The notes under the pieces: generated by a model
What the model was told of the DNA's origin: nothing
What the model saw: only the letters and a program-made list of their open reading frames with translations
Database searches by the model: none
From: Epithemia pelagica
Lineage: Eukaryota; Protista; Bacillariophyta
DNA length: 64,000 nt
NCBI GenBank assembly: GCA_946965045.2
Contig: OX337235.1
Location: forward strand, 2,108,001-2,172,000
Direction of reading: 5' to 3'
Position numbers and translations under genes: made by a program
Shown: piece by piece, positions 11,205-23,877 of the stretch
Layout: each line of letters starts with the position of its first letter
How positions within the stretch are numbered: the first letter of the stretch is position 1

Positions 11205-12437
11205 TCATCCCTTGGTGGCCTGCACAATAAACATGGGATCTCGATAGACGCTGTTGGGAACTGTTGCGGTGATATCAAAGGCCAGTACGTTGGTGAATCC
11301 TCCCGCATACTTGAGATAACCATTGATGAGTTCCAAATGTTGTCGATCGTTCATATTCAGCCACATGGCAATGGCCTTACTGGGGAAACATCGGTTGGAC
11401 TGACTGATAATCACTTTGCCCCCTGGTCGAAGCACTCGATTTACTTCCTTTAAAATGGTAATGGGCTCAATGAGATAATCGATCGACACGACACAAGTAA
11501 CGACATCAAAAGAATTGTCATTGTATGGAAGTTTGGGTTCATTGTTCAAGTCAACTGCCTTGAAGCCACCCGTCAGTTGGTCGTTGAACTGAAGTTCCAA
11601 TGGATTCATGCCCGTTCCACAAATCTTGCCCATGGTTTTGGGAAATTCCAAAGGATAGTGACTGAAAGTGGTACCAGTGAGGATTCATTTTCAACGAGCA
11701 TGAAACAAAGGCGAGACTCCAAATGGCAGACGACGATAACTTACGATACCCAAGAGGAACAAATATCCAAAATGTCGGAACCTTTGTCAATGTTGTTGCG
11801 ATAGTATTGTGTCAGAGAGGCCACAGCTGGTTCATCAATGTGATAGACCAACTTTGGGACGGTGTAAAAGATTCCATCATCATTGCCGTCCGCACGAAAA
11901 AAGTCTTGTGGCTGAAAGGGTGCCTCCGCGGGCCATTCCTGTACCAACCGGACGGGTGTGACGGGGAACTGATACGGTGTTGAATCGCCCGTAAAGCGAC
12001 GAACCAGCATTCCACGAGTGCGAGGGTTTCCCTCTAACACGAACGAGCGGATCAGTGCAAAATATTATAAGGACGTGTGTTGCAATGAAAATTCATGAAA
12101 TGCCCGTACTTCTCTATTACCACTCACTTGCGTCTTCCCCATACTTCATTTCCAATTCTTGATCAATATATCTTGGATTCTTCGTCGTCGGGGCAGTAGA
12201 TACAGCAGCCTGACACTCTTCTGGTTCTGTGCCCATGACAAGAGTTGCAGAGGCCAGAAAGGCGGTGGCGGTAGACGATAAAAATTTGGATCGGGAACTG
12301 ATGGATTCAAGAGTCGGTTGTTGAAGACTGCGAGCCAAACCAAGTAGACAGACTAGTTCCATGCAGACACACACACATCGGCCAAATGACCGACTGGCAG
12401 CAATAGGAATGCAATCCATGGTCGCCTTGACTTTCAT
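11205..12437 (-). CDS. Class I SAM-dependent methyltransferase (Methyltransf_11 type), 3 exons, probably organelle-targeted
   Basis: Two GT-AG introns (~12036-12128 and ~11665-11744) join YGEDA|KGNPRTR and CSSWVS|HYPLEFP. Motifs ILDICSSW, LPYNDNSFDVV, RVLRPGG, FSNRCFP-like QSNRCFPSKA. Confidence 0.85.
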
Positions 12438-12947
12438 CGTGGGTGTCGATATTATGAAAGATCCCTCAGTATCTTGCTCAACACGTCACGTATCACGCAA
12501 GAAAAGCTCATGGATGCAGTCGCACGCTCCATGATTTCGGGGGGCTTTGAAAGAAAAAGAGGGTGGAGAAAGTCAGTCCCGTTCCCAATTGGATCACAGA
12601 CAGACCCAGTGGTTGTGGCTGTGGTTGGGACTCTTGTGGAAGTCATTTTCAATGACTGAAGCAGTTGGACTTCTCAAGACCAGCCGGTGTGCTTAAATCA
12701 AGAACAGGAGCAATACCATAGCCCACAATTCCCTTTCCAGTCTTTTGAAGAAATCTACAGTTACTTCTGAATAGCCCTTCTGCAGCACGTCAAGGAGGGC
12801 CATATAAAAATGGACGTTAACAAAATCTCATTGGGAAGTCAGAAATCGGTTGTTGCACTGTGATCGCGGCCAGAAATACACCCAACCGTTTCGTAGAGGC
12901 AGTTTGTTGTCTGTGTTTTATTCGCAGTCCCCAATTGTTCTGGTTTC

Positions 12948-14891
12948 GTGTTTTGTCGTTGGGTGTGGTGGACGGAGAGGAGAACCATCACGACGATAAT
13001 CGACTCTCTTCAAGAAGCTTGTCCTCTGTCTCTCCCTCTCTCCATGACAACCACTACCACATCCTTACGAACCATGAACAATTTAACACCCTCGGTTACC
13101 GAAACAGTGACTGTCACACTCCGACATCCACCAAAAGCATCAGCGCCATTGGGGACCAGTGCTACTGTCTCGAGCGGTGCTACGCCACCGGGAAGACCCA
13201 AGCTCAAGGTGATCACCTCCTCCGAACTGGCTCCAGTACGCGAGTCGGGTAGTCAAAAGATGACTCGTACCATCAGTTCCCCCAGTTGGCTCTCCCAACA
13301 AACTAGTGGTGTTGGTAATGGAGAAACGAACCCTGCATCTTCACCAAAATCCTCTTCTCTCTTGTTCAGCAATGACAGTGCCCCAGTACTTCCTGATCGA
13401 GCTCCTGAGGCTGTGGCCAATAGTAGTACGACTAATATTCCTCCTTCCAAAATTCGAAGAGCAAGAAGTAACGTGTACCGTGCCGCTGAAGGAGGACGAC
13501 AAGATGTCCTTCCCATGGCAAGTCCGCTGACTCCCAAAGCCCCCCTTCGATCCAGAGCACGGTCATCCTGTTCCTTCTCCACCTCTAACGCAAGACCCTT
13601 TGCCAGTTTTAGTGGACCAGTGGCATCAGATCACCAACTGCGAGCGCCTTCCAAGTCGTTGCGATCACGACGCCGGTCTTCGCACAAATTGGATCGAAGC
13701 ATGATAACCACCACAACTACAACAACCACACTGAACGATTCCGCCAGTTGCGTCTCTGATGACCACAGTATTGAATTCTCGCTCTACGAACACGATGAAG
13801 AACCCATGTCGGAGACTCCTGCAATGCCTACCAAAACCCCAGTGTATTCCGATGACGTTGCGAATGATGACGATGGAGAAATAAGTCTAGGTGCCAACAA
13901 AAAGCTCTCGAAACCACCACCGTTGCATTTCTTACCCAAGTCATCCAACTACTACGACATGACCTTGTTGAATATGAAACTTCCCCAATTCATAACGTTG
14001 ATTCTCCTGCTCTTTATCACTTGTTTTGTCGCAAGTTCTTATCAACAAGTGCTGGTGGCTACCAATACAATTGAACAAGTCCGATTGGGGGAATCGACTC
14101 TGTTGGTACACTTGCACAAGGTAGAACAACAAGCTCTACAACTGGCCGAAACCTTGAAGCGTGTCAGTGATCGAAACGACAGTCCTCTTCCTGCCACAGA
14201 AGAAGACAAGAGCTCTGCCGAGGTGGACAGTGATTTGTTGCGTGTACAGGTGGAGAAACTTCGAGATATGGAAGCCGAGTTGGATCATGAAGTACGAGCC
14301 CTTCGGAAGCGAATTCAACAGTCGGCCAAGCAAGCCATGGTTCAACGGTATGGTCAAGGTGCTGTTCAAGTATTCCTCCAAGTCGAAACTGTGGTACTGG
14401 ATGGTTCCCCCCAACAAGGTCAACAGCTCTCAGCCAAGGGTGGTCGAAATACGCTATCCATTCGATTATGGTACGACACTCCACACACAGTCTGGACCTT
14501 TTTGCAACAAATTGAAAATGGTGTGTGGAATGGCGCCACATTTTCCATTCAACATGGTCGGTCGTTGGTAGCCGAACCGATTTCCCACAACCAGGAACAA
14601 GACACTCGGAGACATTCGCGGCTGGAACCCAGTTTGGACTTTGTCGAAGCATCAGACAGAGCACATGAACGGTATACAGTCACTTTGACTGACAACAACT
14701 TTGCTATTAATCTCCAGGACAACAAGAAACTTCACAATCAAGAAGCCTGTGTCGGTGTTATTTTTGAAGGCTTTGACGTTCTTCACAAGATTGTCAAGGA
14801 TTCCACGTCATCTACATCGCAACAAACAGTCCGGATAAAGCAGGCCACGGCGTCTCACATGACCCGAGCTGAAACAGCCGGCCTGATATAG
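12948..14891 (+). CDS. Membrane protein: disordered N-terminus, TM, coiled coil, degenerate cyclophilin-like domain (true start probably an internal ATG such as 13043)
   Basis: TM FITLILLLFITCFV; coiled coil; YGQGAVQV...DTPHTVWTFLQQIENGVWNG; CVGVIFEGFDVL. Confidence 0.6.
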   Translation: MFCRWVWWTERRTITTIIDSLQEACPLSLPLSMTTTTTSLRTMNNLTPSVTETVTVTLRHPPKASAPLGTSATVSSGATPPGRPKLKVITSSELAPVRESGSQKMTRTISSPSWLSQQTSGVGNGETNPASSPKSSSLLFSNDSAPVLPDRAPEAVANSSTTNIPPSKIRRARSNVYRAAEGGRQDVLPMASPLTPKAPLRSRARSSCSFSTSNARPFASFSGPVASDHQLRAPSKSLRSRRRSSHKLDRSMITTTTTTTTLNDSASCVSDDHSIEFSLYEHDEEPMSETPAMPTKTPVYSDDVANDDDGEISLGANKKLSKPPPLHFLPKSSNYYDMTLLNMKLPQFITLILLLFITCFVASSYQQVLVATNTIEQVRLGESTLLVHLHKVEQQALQLAETLKRVSDRNDSPLPATEEDKSSAEVDSDLLRVQVEKLRDMEAELDHEVRALRKRIQQSAKQAMVQRYGQGAVQVFLQVETVVLDGSPQQGQQLSAKGGRNTLSIRLWYDTPHTVWTFLQQIENGVWNGATFSIQHGRSLVAEPISHNQEQDTRRHSRLEPSLDFVEASDRAHERYTVTLTDNNFAINLQDNKKLHNQEACVGVIFEGFDVLHKIVKDSTSSTSQQTVRIKQATASHMTRAETAGLI

Positions 14892-15746
14892 GAGAGGAGT
14901 GTAATAGGCGAATACCTAATAAGAGAGTTGGTTCATACACAACACGACCTAGCTTGCAGAATCATGAGCTATTGCAGAATCGCTTCTCGTAAACGAATCT
15001 CCCCTAATGCAGTCGTCTCCTCGCACTAGATGGACCTTGTCATGCGCCAGATGCAAGTTGTCTGTGTCGTTTACGCCTTGTTTACCCATTACCGATAGAC
15101 TTGTGTCTACCTTCTCGTACTCTACCTACCTAGAGCCCGCGGGACTACTCTAGGACGATCTGGTCATGTCCCAGCCCAAGCCGAAGCCGTTTCGGAACCG
15201 TTAAACGATGGGGAAAAGGAATATCAAGCGATCCGCATTGTAATCATTTCTCAAATCAATATCTCATTTTAACAAGTAAAACCGCTAAGAATTGAAATGA
15301 TTCTGGTCATTCTCCACAACAGGACATTGAGTGGGAGTTGGCGTGTGGCATGTGGTGCGGCACCTACGCTTACTTAATAAACGCCACTATCATAATCCGA
15401 ATAATCTCCATCCAACCCTCCCACCATTGTCGATTTATTCTGGACATTTTCTCCAGAAGAAATCGAACGCTTCCCATCGTTAGAGGCTCTGGCAATAATT
15501 CTTCCAGTCGTCCTGCGCTTTAAGCTTTTCTGTCGTGGTCAATTTTGGACTCTCTCAGGTCGAAAATAAACAATAGTGAGGGGGTCCGGAGGCTGTATTG
15601 TTTGGATTGAACGTAATTTCCATCGAGAGAGAGCACCAAAAACCAATAAACAAGAAGAGGGCGAATCTATTCTTGTGCGACTCCAGTGACTTCACTTCCA
15701 CACACCCATCGTCAGGACCGCCGCAGGTTTCATACATATATTCCTC

Positions 15747-18267
15747 ATGATCAAAGGGTTTTTTGGTGGGAAGAAACAACCTCGTTTGCCACCCAAAAAT
15801 GGACGGCATGCACATACGTCGAGTACGGGGTCGGCCTCCCCTGGCAATTCCAACAACAACAACAACAACGCTTCTGTGAATTCTCGACAAGACACGGGAG
15901 GTTCCTCGTCTGCGGCGGCCCCCGATAGCGGCGGGGGTGATACGGTGGTGTTCAAGGTCAAAATTCCTGATGGTGTTCGACCCGGTGAGGAATTTCAAGT
16001 GCATGCCGGTGGTCGTGTGGTGCGTGTGCGATGTCCACCGGGAGCCTCTCCAGGACAAGCCTTGGCCATTAATGTCCCTCGAGGGCCCAACAACAGTGGC
16101 AACAGCAGCAACAATAATTCCAACAATCCAGCCATGACCAGTCTGGTCGGCAGCGGAAGTGGAGGCCCCGATGACTTGAATCGAAAATCGTCCACTTCCA
16201 TGGCCAGCAGCAATGGGTCGACCAATTCTCTGCGACCAGACACTATGCCGTCGTCTCAAAATGATTCCCCCGGCGTGACCCGAATTGATGATTTCAATCA
16301 CGATGGTCCTCAAGCGTACATGGTGGAGATTCCTGTTGGTATTCGAGGAGGACAACAGTTTCCAATCACCATATCTGGAAACTCCTTCATGGTAACATGT
16401 CCACCCCATGCTGTGCCAGGAAACAAGGTTAGAATTGTACCACCTCCTCCAGGGCCACAGGCACCCCCTCCCATGCCGGAAAAACCTCCTCCACCCAAAA
16501 AGGAAGAACAAACCTTTGAAGTGGTGGTACCATCCAATGTGAAAGGTGGACAAGCCTTTGCCCTCTTGGCTGGAGGGGTACGGGTGCAGGTGGTCTGTCC
16601 AGTCAATGCCGTTCCAGGCCAGAAAATCCGCTTCCGATTGCCGCTCGCCTTGACCAAAAAGCCCAAGAAACAAACCGACTTGGCAGCCAAACGTCTCTCT
16701 TACGATAAGGATGGTTGGACCCGAACCGTTCGTGTTACGGATATGAACCTGCAATGGATCCGGATGGATGAATATGGTGGTATTGACGATTTACGAAATG
16801 CTCGATTCGACACGGAAAAATCAGCCTATGTACGAAAACTGGTCTTTCGGGAAGGCTCAGATCCAAGAATCCGCGATGGAGTTACCTCTCTCGTTCCTGC
16901 CTACGAAGCCGTGGTGGATTCCAAACTACTAAACGAAAAGGGAGAAACTATTGTCGATTATCCTGAAATTGCCGATGCGCAGGCAGGTAATTTCGAAGAC
17001 AAGGCCATTTGGTTCCAAAGTAAATGTACGCAACTTGCGGTGGAATGGAACGAGGGTCATATGCGCATCAATGTCCGACGAGAGCACTTGTTGGAAGATA
17101 GTGTGGATGCCGTCATGTCGTTGAATCGAAAAGATTTGCGCAAAATGTGGCGCTTCGAATTTATTGGTGAAGCAGGAATCGATGCCGGTGGATTGGCTCG
17201 TGAATGGTTCCATTTGGTTTCCAAGGAAATTTTTGATCCCGATATGGGTTTTTGGTGTAGTAGTGACACCAATCAAATGCTCATGGAGATCAACCCAGCC
17301 TCAAGTACGTCCCTTCTTGTCGCATGCTCGCAGCATTTTCTAAACCTGCTTGTTCTGGGACAAGTGTCTTACCTATTATTTTCCTGTTGTGTTGTTCTGT
17401 CCAGAAATGATTCACAGCGACTATCTGGTGTATTACCGGTTCTTGGGAAGAGTAATGGGAAAGGCTATTTTTGACGGACAACTAGTTGCGGGGCATATGG
17501 TACCTTTTATATACAAACATATCCTTGGCTGGCCAATTAACTTTAAGGATCTCAAGACCTACGACGAAGATTATTATTCTAACCTGAATCAAATCAAACA
17601 ACTCGTTGCCAACGGAGACGATGTGGAAATGATCCTCTGTTTGGATTTCACAACCACCGTCGAAGTCTTGGGAACTAAGACGGACATTGAATTGGTCGAA
17701 GGAGGTGCAGACAAGCCGGTAACCAACGACAATTATATGGAGTATTTGGAAGTCTGCTTGAAATACCGAATGATGGAACGCATCAAACCACAATTGAATG
17801 AACTGCTGTTGGGATTTTTTGACGTTATTCCTGAGCCCTTGCTGACAGTGTTTGACTACCAGGAACTAGAATTGATTATGTGTGGTTTGCCCAAAATCGA
17901 TATGGAAGACTGGAAAGCCAATACCGAATATTCGGGTGATTACGAACACGTGGGTGCCGAGTACCCCACTTGTCAATGGTTCTGGGAAGTCGTGGATAGT
18001 TTTGACCAAGAAATGAAGGCTCGTTTGCTGCAATTTGTCACAGGAACGTCCGGTGTTCCCAGTCGAGGATTTAGTGTGTTGCAAGGAAATGACGGAAATG
18101 TACGAAAATTTACCATTCATGGTGTCTCGGTCGGAACGTGTTTGTATCCCCGCGCACATACCTGCTTCAACCGAATTGATTTGCCGTCGTACGAAACCAT
18201 GGAAGAATTGGAAGAAAAGCTGAAACTGGCTGTGACAATGGTTGCCACTGGATTTGACATTGAATAG
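15747..18267 (+). CDS. HECT E3 ubiquitin ligase with repeated N-terminal V.IP.GV..G..F.V modules, 2 exons
   Basis: Intron 17305-17404 (GTACGT...CCAG). HECT motifs FIGEAGIDAGGLAREWF, RLLQFVTGTS and catalytic PRAHTCFNRIDLP. Confidence 0.92.
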
Positions 18268-18561
18268 AGTTTCGGTCATGACACATCATCATATGAAGAA
18301 TCATGCCACTCGTGAACAGCACTCTTGTTTCATCTGCTTTCGAACAATTGTGTCAAAACAAGATGGTGAGAGTTCACTCTTAGTTGCTAGCAGTATGGTA
18401 TTATATCCACGGCCTTTTAAACTTGTTCATTATATTGTTCGAACTCAGTAACAGTAAACCTGAGGGATCAATCTTCAAGCACCACCGAGAATGGAGATTT
18501 GAGTACGCGACGCAGAAGCATCGCTTTCCCAACCCACGGCCAGAGTGATCCACTGTATTCT

Positions 18562-18699
18562 AATGTGTCAGACAGAATCCCGTTCATATTAGGATAATCG
18601 TTGAACCAATGTGTTAGACAGAATCCCGTTCATATTAGGATAATCGTTGAACCAATGTGTTAGACAGAATCCCGTTCATATTAGGATAATCGTTGAACC
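18562..18699. repeat. Tandem repeat, 3 x 46 bp
   Basis: Unit AATGTGTYAGACAGAATCCCGTTCATATTAGGATAATCGTTGAACC occurs three times head-to-tail with no spacers. Confidence 0.95.
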
Positions 18700-18864
18700 C
18701 GCTAACAGTACGTGGTATAGTGACTTGGGCGATTAAGCCGCAATTTTGGCAGCTTCGCTTACACGATTTGCTATCAAGTTCGTCAATATCTTCGATGAGC
18801 ACTGAATCATCGAGGAATCAAGATGAACGAAACACATCTGATATCGAGAGGTTGACGGACTTCC

Positions 18865-21800
18865 CTATTCAGGCCATTCGTCATCTGAATCTTTCTCTTC
18901 GGTGTATTCAATAACCGTTTTTGACGGCGCAGGCACTTCTGAGAACGGTGACTCTTCCTCCTCTTCACTCTCCGCTTCCATTTGCTCATATACCCTCTCA
19001 ATTTCCTCAGCCGTTCCCCCCTGACGGTGGTGGTCAATCACACTACGAATGAAATGCATATTGCCAAGTCCTTTTTCTGAATCGATAGTAGACGATGCAG
19101 TGGACTTTCTTCGCGAAGAAGAACCGCCCTGTCTTCCACCAGAGTGTACCATCCGACGGTTCAAAACTGGAGTCTTGAACTTGTTTTGGCTATCACGCTC
19201 TCGATCCAACGCGCGATGAACATCCTCCTGTTCGTTTTCATCTTCTGAGTCCTCTAGTCCATCGGCGGTATATCCCAACTGTGATGAGTCATTGATAAAG
19301 CTGGAGTGTAACTCTTCCTCCTCCTCGATATCCACAATGTCCTTCTCATCTGCTTCATCTCCATCGATGTCTTCATTTGACGATATCGATGCTTCCTCTT
19401 CAAGGAAATGGCTGTAGTGTCTCTTCATGGGTTTCTTAAACTTTCGGCGACGTTTTCCGGCCTTTTCTTCGTTGCTTTTTATTACCGGCGAATTATGTCT
19501 TATCGATGATGGTAAGGCGTCCATGCAGAAAGCATGGGCCCACTTACCGTTTGATATCTTTTTCAGAGGGCCGTTCTTGGCTCCACAGACGAGACATTTT
19601 ATGTTGTTTGATCCACCTCGAAAAATGTGGGCACAGCGATCACAACGCCAGTCGTCTTCTGGATCGGGTGCTTTCATCGAGTAGCACGATGCGTGTACTG
19701 CTAAGTCACAATCGACTGAATTTCCTGGCCCATCGCAGAGATAAATTGGATCTTCTTCAGGAGATTCTCCAGACTGACAAATAGCACAAACTATGTCATC
19801 AGGATGTGTAGAGCTTTCCCGTGTAACAGCATGCTTCGCAATGAAAGGGAGTACCTTCGCCTCTTCTCCCGTTGACACGGAAGAGTCCTCGAGACAGACT
19901 ATTGTCTTCCTCTTGCGAGCGCCATCTGGTGGTCGTACGGCGTTCTCCTCCTTCCCCCCTTGACTGCTGCCAACAAGTTCTTCCTTGGCCATTTGACATT
20001 CAGGAGATTCATCAATTACTCGTCGCCGCTTACTCTTTGCAGGTCGAGTTCGTATGACTTCAGAGCTCGAACTATCATCGTCGCTGTCTGAGTCGAGAGC
20101 CTTTCCGTTCCCTGAGATCCTCGCTGGATCAGTATCGTGCCTTTGCATATCTTTAGACTGTCTGACATCATTATTTTGTCTCTTTCGTTTGTTCCCCTTC
20201 TCAGCACCAAATTCTGCGAAAACCGTGTGACTGTTACCAACGACAGTGCCTGAGTCTCGTCTTTGAATATCCTTTGAAGCCACATCTAGAGGCTTTTCCG
20301 ATTCTTGGCTACTTTCATCATCGGACGAAGACGACTGTGTAGGCAGACTAAACGCTTGGTAGAGATGTTCAACCTCTCTCTCATCATTATCTGGGCGAAG
20401 AGGAGGGGTATGCTCGTGTTTTTCACTGGAAGAAACGTGGACGGGTTGGTCAATATTCTTGTCCTCATATCCATCGTCAATGCTTTCTTCATCACTGCTC
20501 GAACTGGGAGTGGGAAGTTCATACGAGTTATCAATAGGCAACACAGCTGTGTTTGGTACGGCCTCCAAGGAACCCGTGGTATCAGGTCCCTGTAATGTAC
20601 AGGTTACCTCGCTTGCGTTAGCTTCGGCACTGCTCCTTGAAGTGGGAGCATACAAGGGATCCCCAGAGGCCGGTTCCTGCAATGCAGTGGTTTCAACTCT
20701 TACGTTGGCTTTTTCAATGTCTGTTGACCTCACGCCGTCGTTGGACCCAATGCGCGAACAAGGTAGATCCACTTTCTCCGATGTGTTTGAGATATGTTCT
20801 TCTTCTGCATAATGGTGGCACGAAGTCAATGAATCATTCTGCAATGCAATAGCTCCTCCATGTGGTTTGCCAGGAGATGATCTTCTCTCTATGGTATCAG
20901 GGGCACCCGTGTCTGTTGCTGTTTCAATCCCATGAATTGCTGATAAAGAGGAATCAATTGGACCCATTGTTCGCGTGTTGCTATCATCACGAGTCCGGTT
21001 CTTTGATGTGGAGGTTAGTCGTTGATGTGGTTTGCCCCAGGCGAGAGCTTCAAATGCACTCTCTCCTTTAGCTATGGGAAACCATGCACATATTGCGGTT
21101 GTCTGTGCATTTCCATTTGGAATCGGGTGTTGCTTCCGACGTTTCGAGCCTTTCAGAGACATGGGGAAGTTCCTTTCAAAGGCCCGCAAAAGCGACGTCG
21201 TTCTTCCTATCATCGAATCGGTTTTCTTCTGAAACGATTGAGTGTTCAGATGCCGAGCAGAGAGTAGGCGGGTTCGGATCAACGATAACATCGCGTGGTC
21301 ACCCAATGATTTGACACTGTTGGAGTCACCCAGTGCAGCTGCTCGTCTTGCCTCAGAATCTTTGGACAGTCTCCAGGATTTGTCTTCAGAGATTGTGGAA
21401 GACTTTTTTGTTATAGACGACTTGGTTGTCTTTGTTGATTCACCGTGACCCTCCACCTGCGTCAGGTGGAATTTCTGTGCTCTTTGCATATCCCGTTCGC
21501 ACAATCGAGGAATCGCGGGCAACATGGGAACAGTGGGGGCCACCGTAAAGGCATCAGGTCGTTTCATTGCTCGTATGATGGTGCGTTCCTTCATTTTGGA
21601 ATCTTTGTAGGTTTTCTCTTCGGGTCCTTCGGCAACCAAGAAGACAACTCTTCCATCGCGTTTTCTGCCCGTCCTTCCCACGCGCTGAAGCATTCGAACA
21701 GGGCTCTGAAGGCTATCAAAATTAATAATTAAGTCAACCTCACCAATGTCAAGTCCCTCTTCGCCAATACCTGGAAAAGATGAAAATGAGACAACAAACC

Positions 21801-23840
21801 TGTCGTGGAATGTGTGTGAAGTATGGACTTACATGTACAGACAAGAACGTTGTAGACACCTTCTCGAAATTGTTTGATAACCTCGTTCTGTTCCGCTTGT
21901 TTCATACCCTTGAGGGTGGACGAACTAGAATCTGACGAACCAGAGCCTTTTCCCTGTCCAACAAAATGACGCGGTAGGACCATTGGGCGTGACGTGTTCA
22001 GAACCTTGGTGATCTCAGCAACGGAATCACGAAACTGCGAAAATACAATCACGCGCGATGAAGCATTGTTAAGCTCGGCCCGTTTGAAATGTTCAATCAC
22101 AATTTCTTGAAGTTTTTGTAACTTTGGGTTATTCATGACACGATCAGCGACGGAGGATTTGTTCGAGTTGGGGTCACATGTTGCTTCAAGTACCAGTTCG
22201 AGGAGCTTTGCGAACCGTTCAGATTTGGCAATTCCAGCCAATCCTGGTCGTTTTCTTTCATCACGCAGTCGGATCAACTTGGTTCGAACAACACCAACTC
22301 CTTGTTGATGAAGCGTCGTACGCATTTCCACAAACGTTCGTACTGCTTCAAAGGCACCATTTAATGAATAATCCTTTGTTCGCTCAAAGTATTCTGTTCG
22401 TGCCTTTACGACGAGCCATTGAGTTAGTGTGGCGGCGCTGCCAATAGGTAACGCCTGAGCTCGCCGCAACCGTAAAAGTTCCGGTTCCAAAATATCGTTG
22501 ATGACACTTTCAATTTGTCGACATGAGGACTGTTGCTTAACGAGGACCACTTCTGTCTGCCGATCATGAACGTATTTTTGAACATCCGGATCTTCGTCAG
22601 AACGGGATTCCACCTTGTTGATTCGAAGTGAGTACACCACATCCTGTATGGTCCTAATTTGCGAACCCGGTGTGGCACTAAGACCCAACACTCGAAACCG
22701 TGCACCACCGTCCTCTAGTTGCTGCACAATTTTATTATACGCGTATTCTCCCCTTGCACGATGAGCTTCGTCCAAGACAACAAGAACAATCAGTTTTGGG
22801 TCCACTCGACCATTATCAATATCTTTCTGCATGGTTTGTGGTGTACAGAAAAAGGCCCGACGATCAGCCCACACCGCTGACCGTCGTGACGGCGACAGTT
22901 TCCCTGTCAAAATAGCCGTGTCTTGTTCGGGGATTCCCATTATCTCATAACACGCCTGAACCTGCTGATGAACGAGAGGTAAAGTTGGCGCCATGAAACA
23001 AACCTTTCCAGTCGGAAACCAGCGATAGTAGTTGTACATAACAACAGCCGCAATCAGTGTCTTGCCCAGTCCAGTCGGAAGTCCCACCAAGGTATTGTTT
23101 GATACGGCAGTGCGCGCAATCTCGAATTGATACTGACGTCGAGGATATCGATTGTCGGTCGGGTAAATCCACTCGGAGGCGCTTGCCAGGTCTAGTGGAA
23201 CGGGTCCTGGTTGGTATGTGGGTTTCGAAACAATGGGTTGGGAAGGTTTCTGCTGTGGAGGCGGTTTCTTTGGAAAGTTTCTTTGTAGAGGTTGAGTGTT
23301 ATTCCGTTCGGAAGGCGCGTTCGTTCTCTCTCGGTGTTGAACGCGATCTGCTGTCCCAGACACATTTGAAGCAGGAACAGGAAGTGCGCTTGTCACCGGG
23401 ATGGAGGAACGATTCGCCACGGCAGCGGCCGGATTGGGTCGATACGGATTGAAACCCAGTGCCCGCTTGGCTGTTGATGGTCCATTTCCCACGGGACAAG
23501 GCCCTACACCTGCACCATTGGAGCTAAGATTGTGGTTGTTTGACAGAGGCTTGCAGCTCTTGTTTGGAGATTTGGCATTGGAAGCGACTTTTGTGGTGGT
23601 GTTGGAAGGCACAGGAGCCATTGGGATGGTTGACTGCTTTGCTGTTGTTCGTTTCGATGTATTTGAGGTAGATGGTGGTACTGGTGCTTTTCCCGGTGAC
23701 TCACTGATTGGGATCCCTCGGATGAAATCTGCCATTTGCTTCTTGGAAATACGGAGCTCATTGCACATGGCGCATCGATGCGCCATGGTATGGTGGTAAA
23801 ATGTGCATCTTTTGCAGCTCCAGCCACCCGACGTACTCAT
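18865..23840 (-). CDS. FANCM: FANCM/Mph1-family DEAH helicase with N-terminal RanBP2-type zinc finger and C-terminal PHD finger, 2 exons
   Basis: Motifs [38 protein letters not shown]. Intron 21771-21832 joins VCT|[15 protein letters not shown]...QRVGRTGR. N-terminal WSCKRCTF...CAMC; PHD CAIC...LCDG...CDLAVHASC...WRCDRC. Confidence 0.92.
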
Positions 23841-23877
23841 TTTTCATTTCGTCCGCCCCTCATAGAATCAATGGGCA

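Noticed and set aside
18562-18699. 46-bp repeats as a CRISPR array
   Set aside because: Copies are head-to-tail with no unique spacers, there are no cas genes, and the context is eukaryotic.
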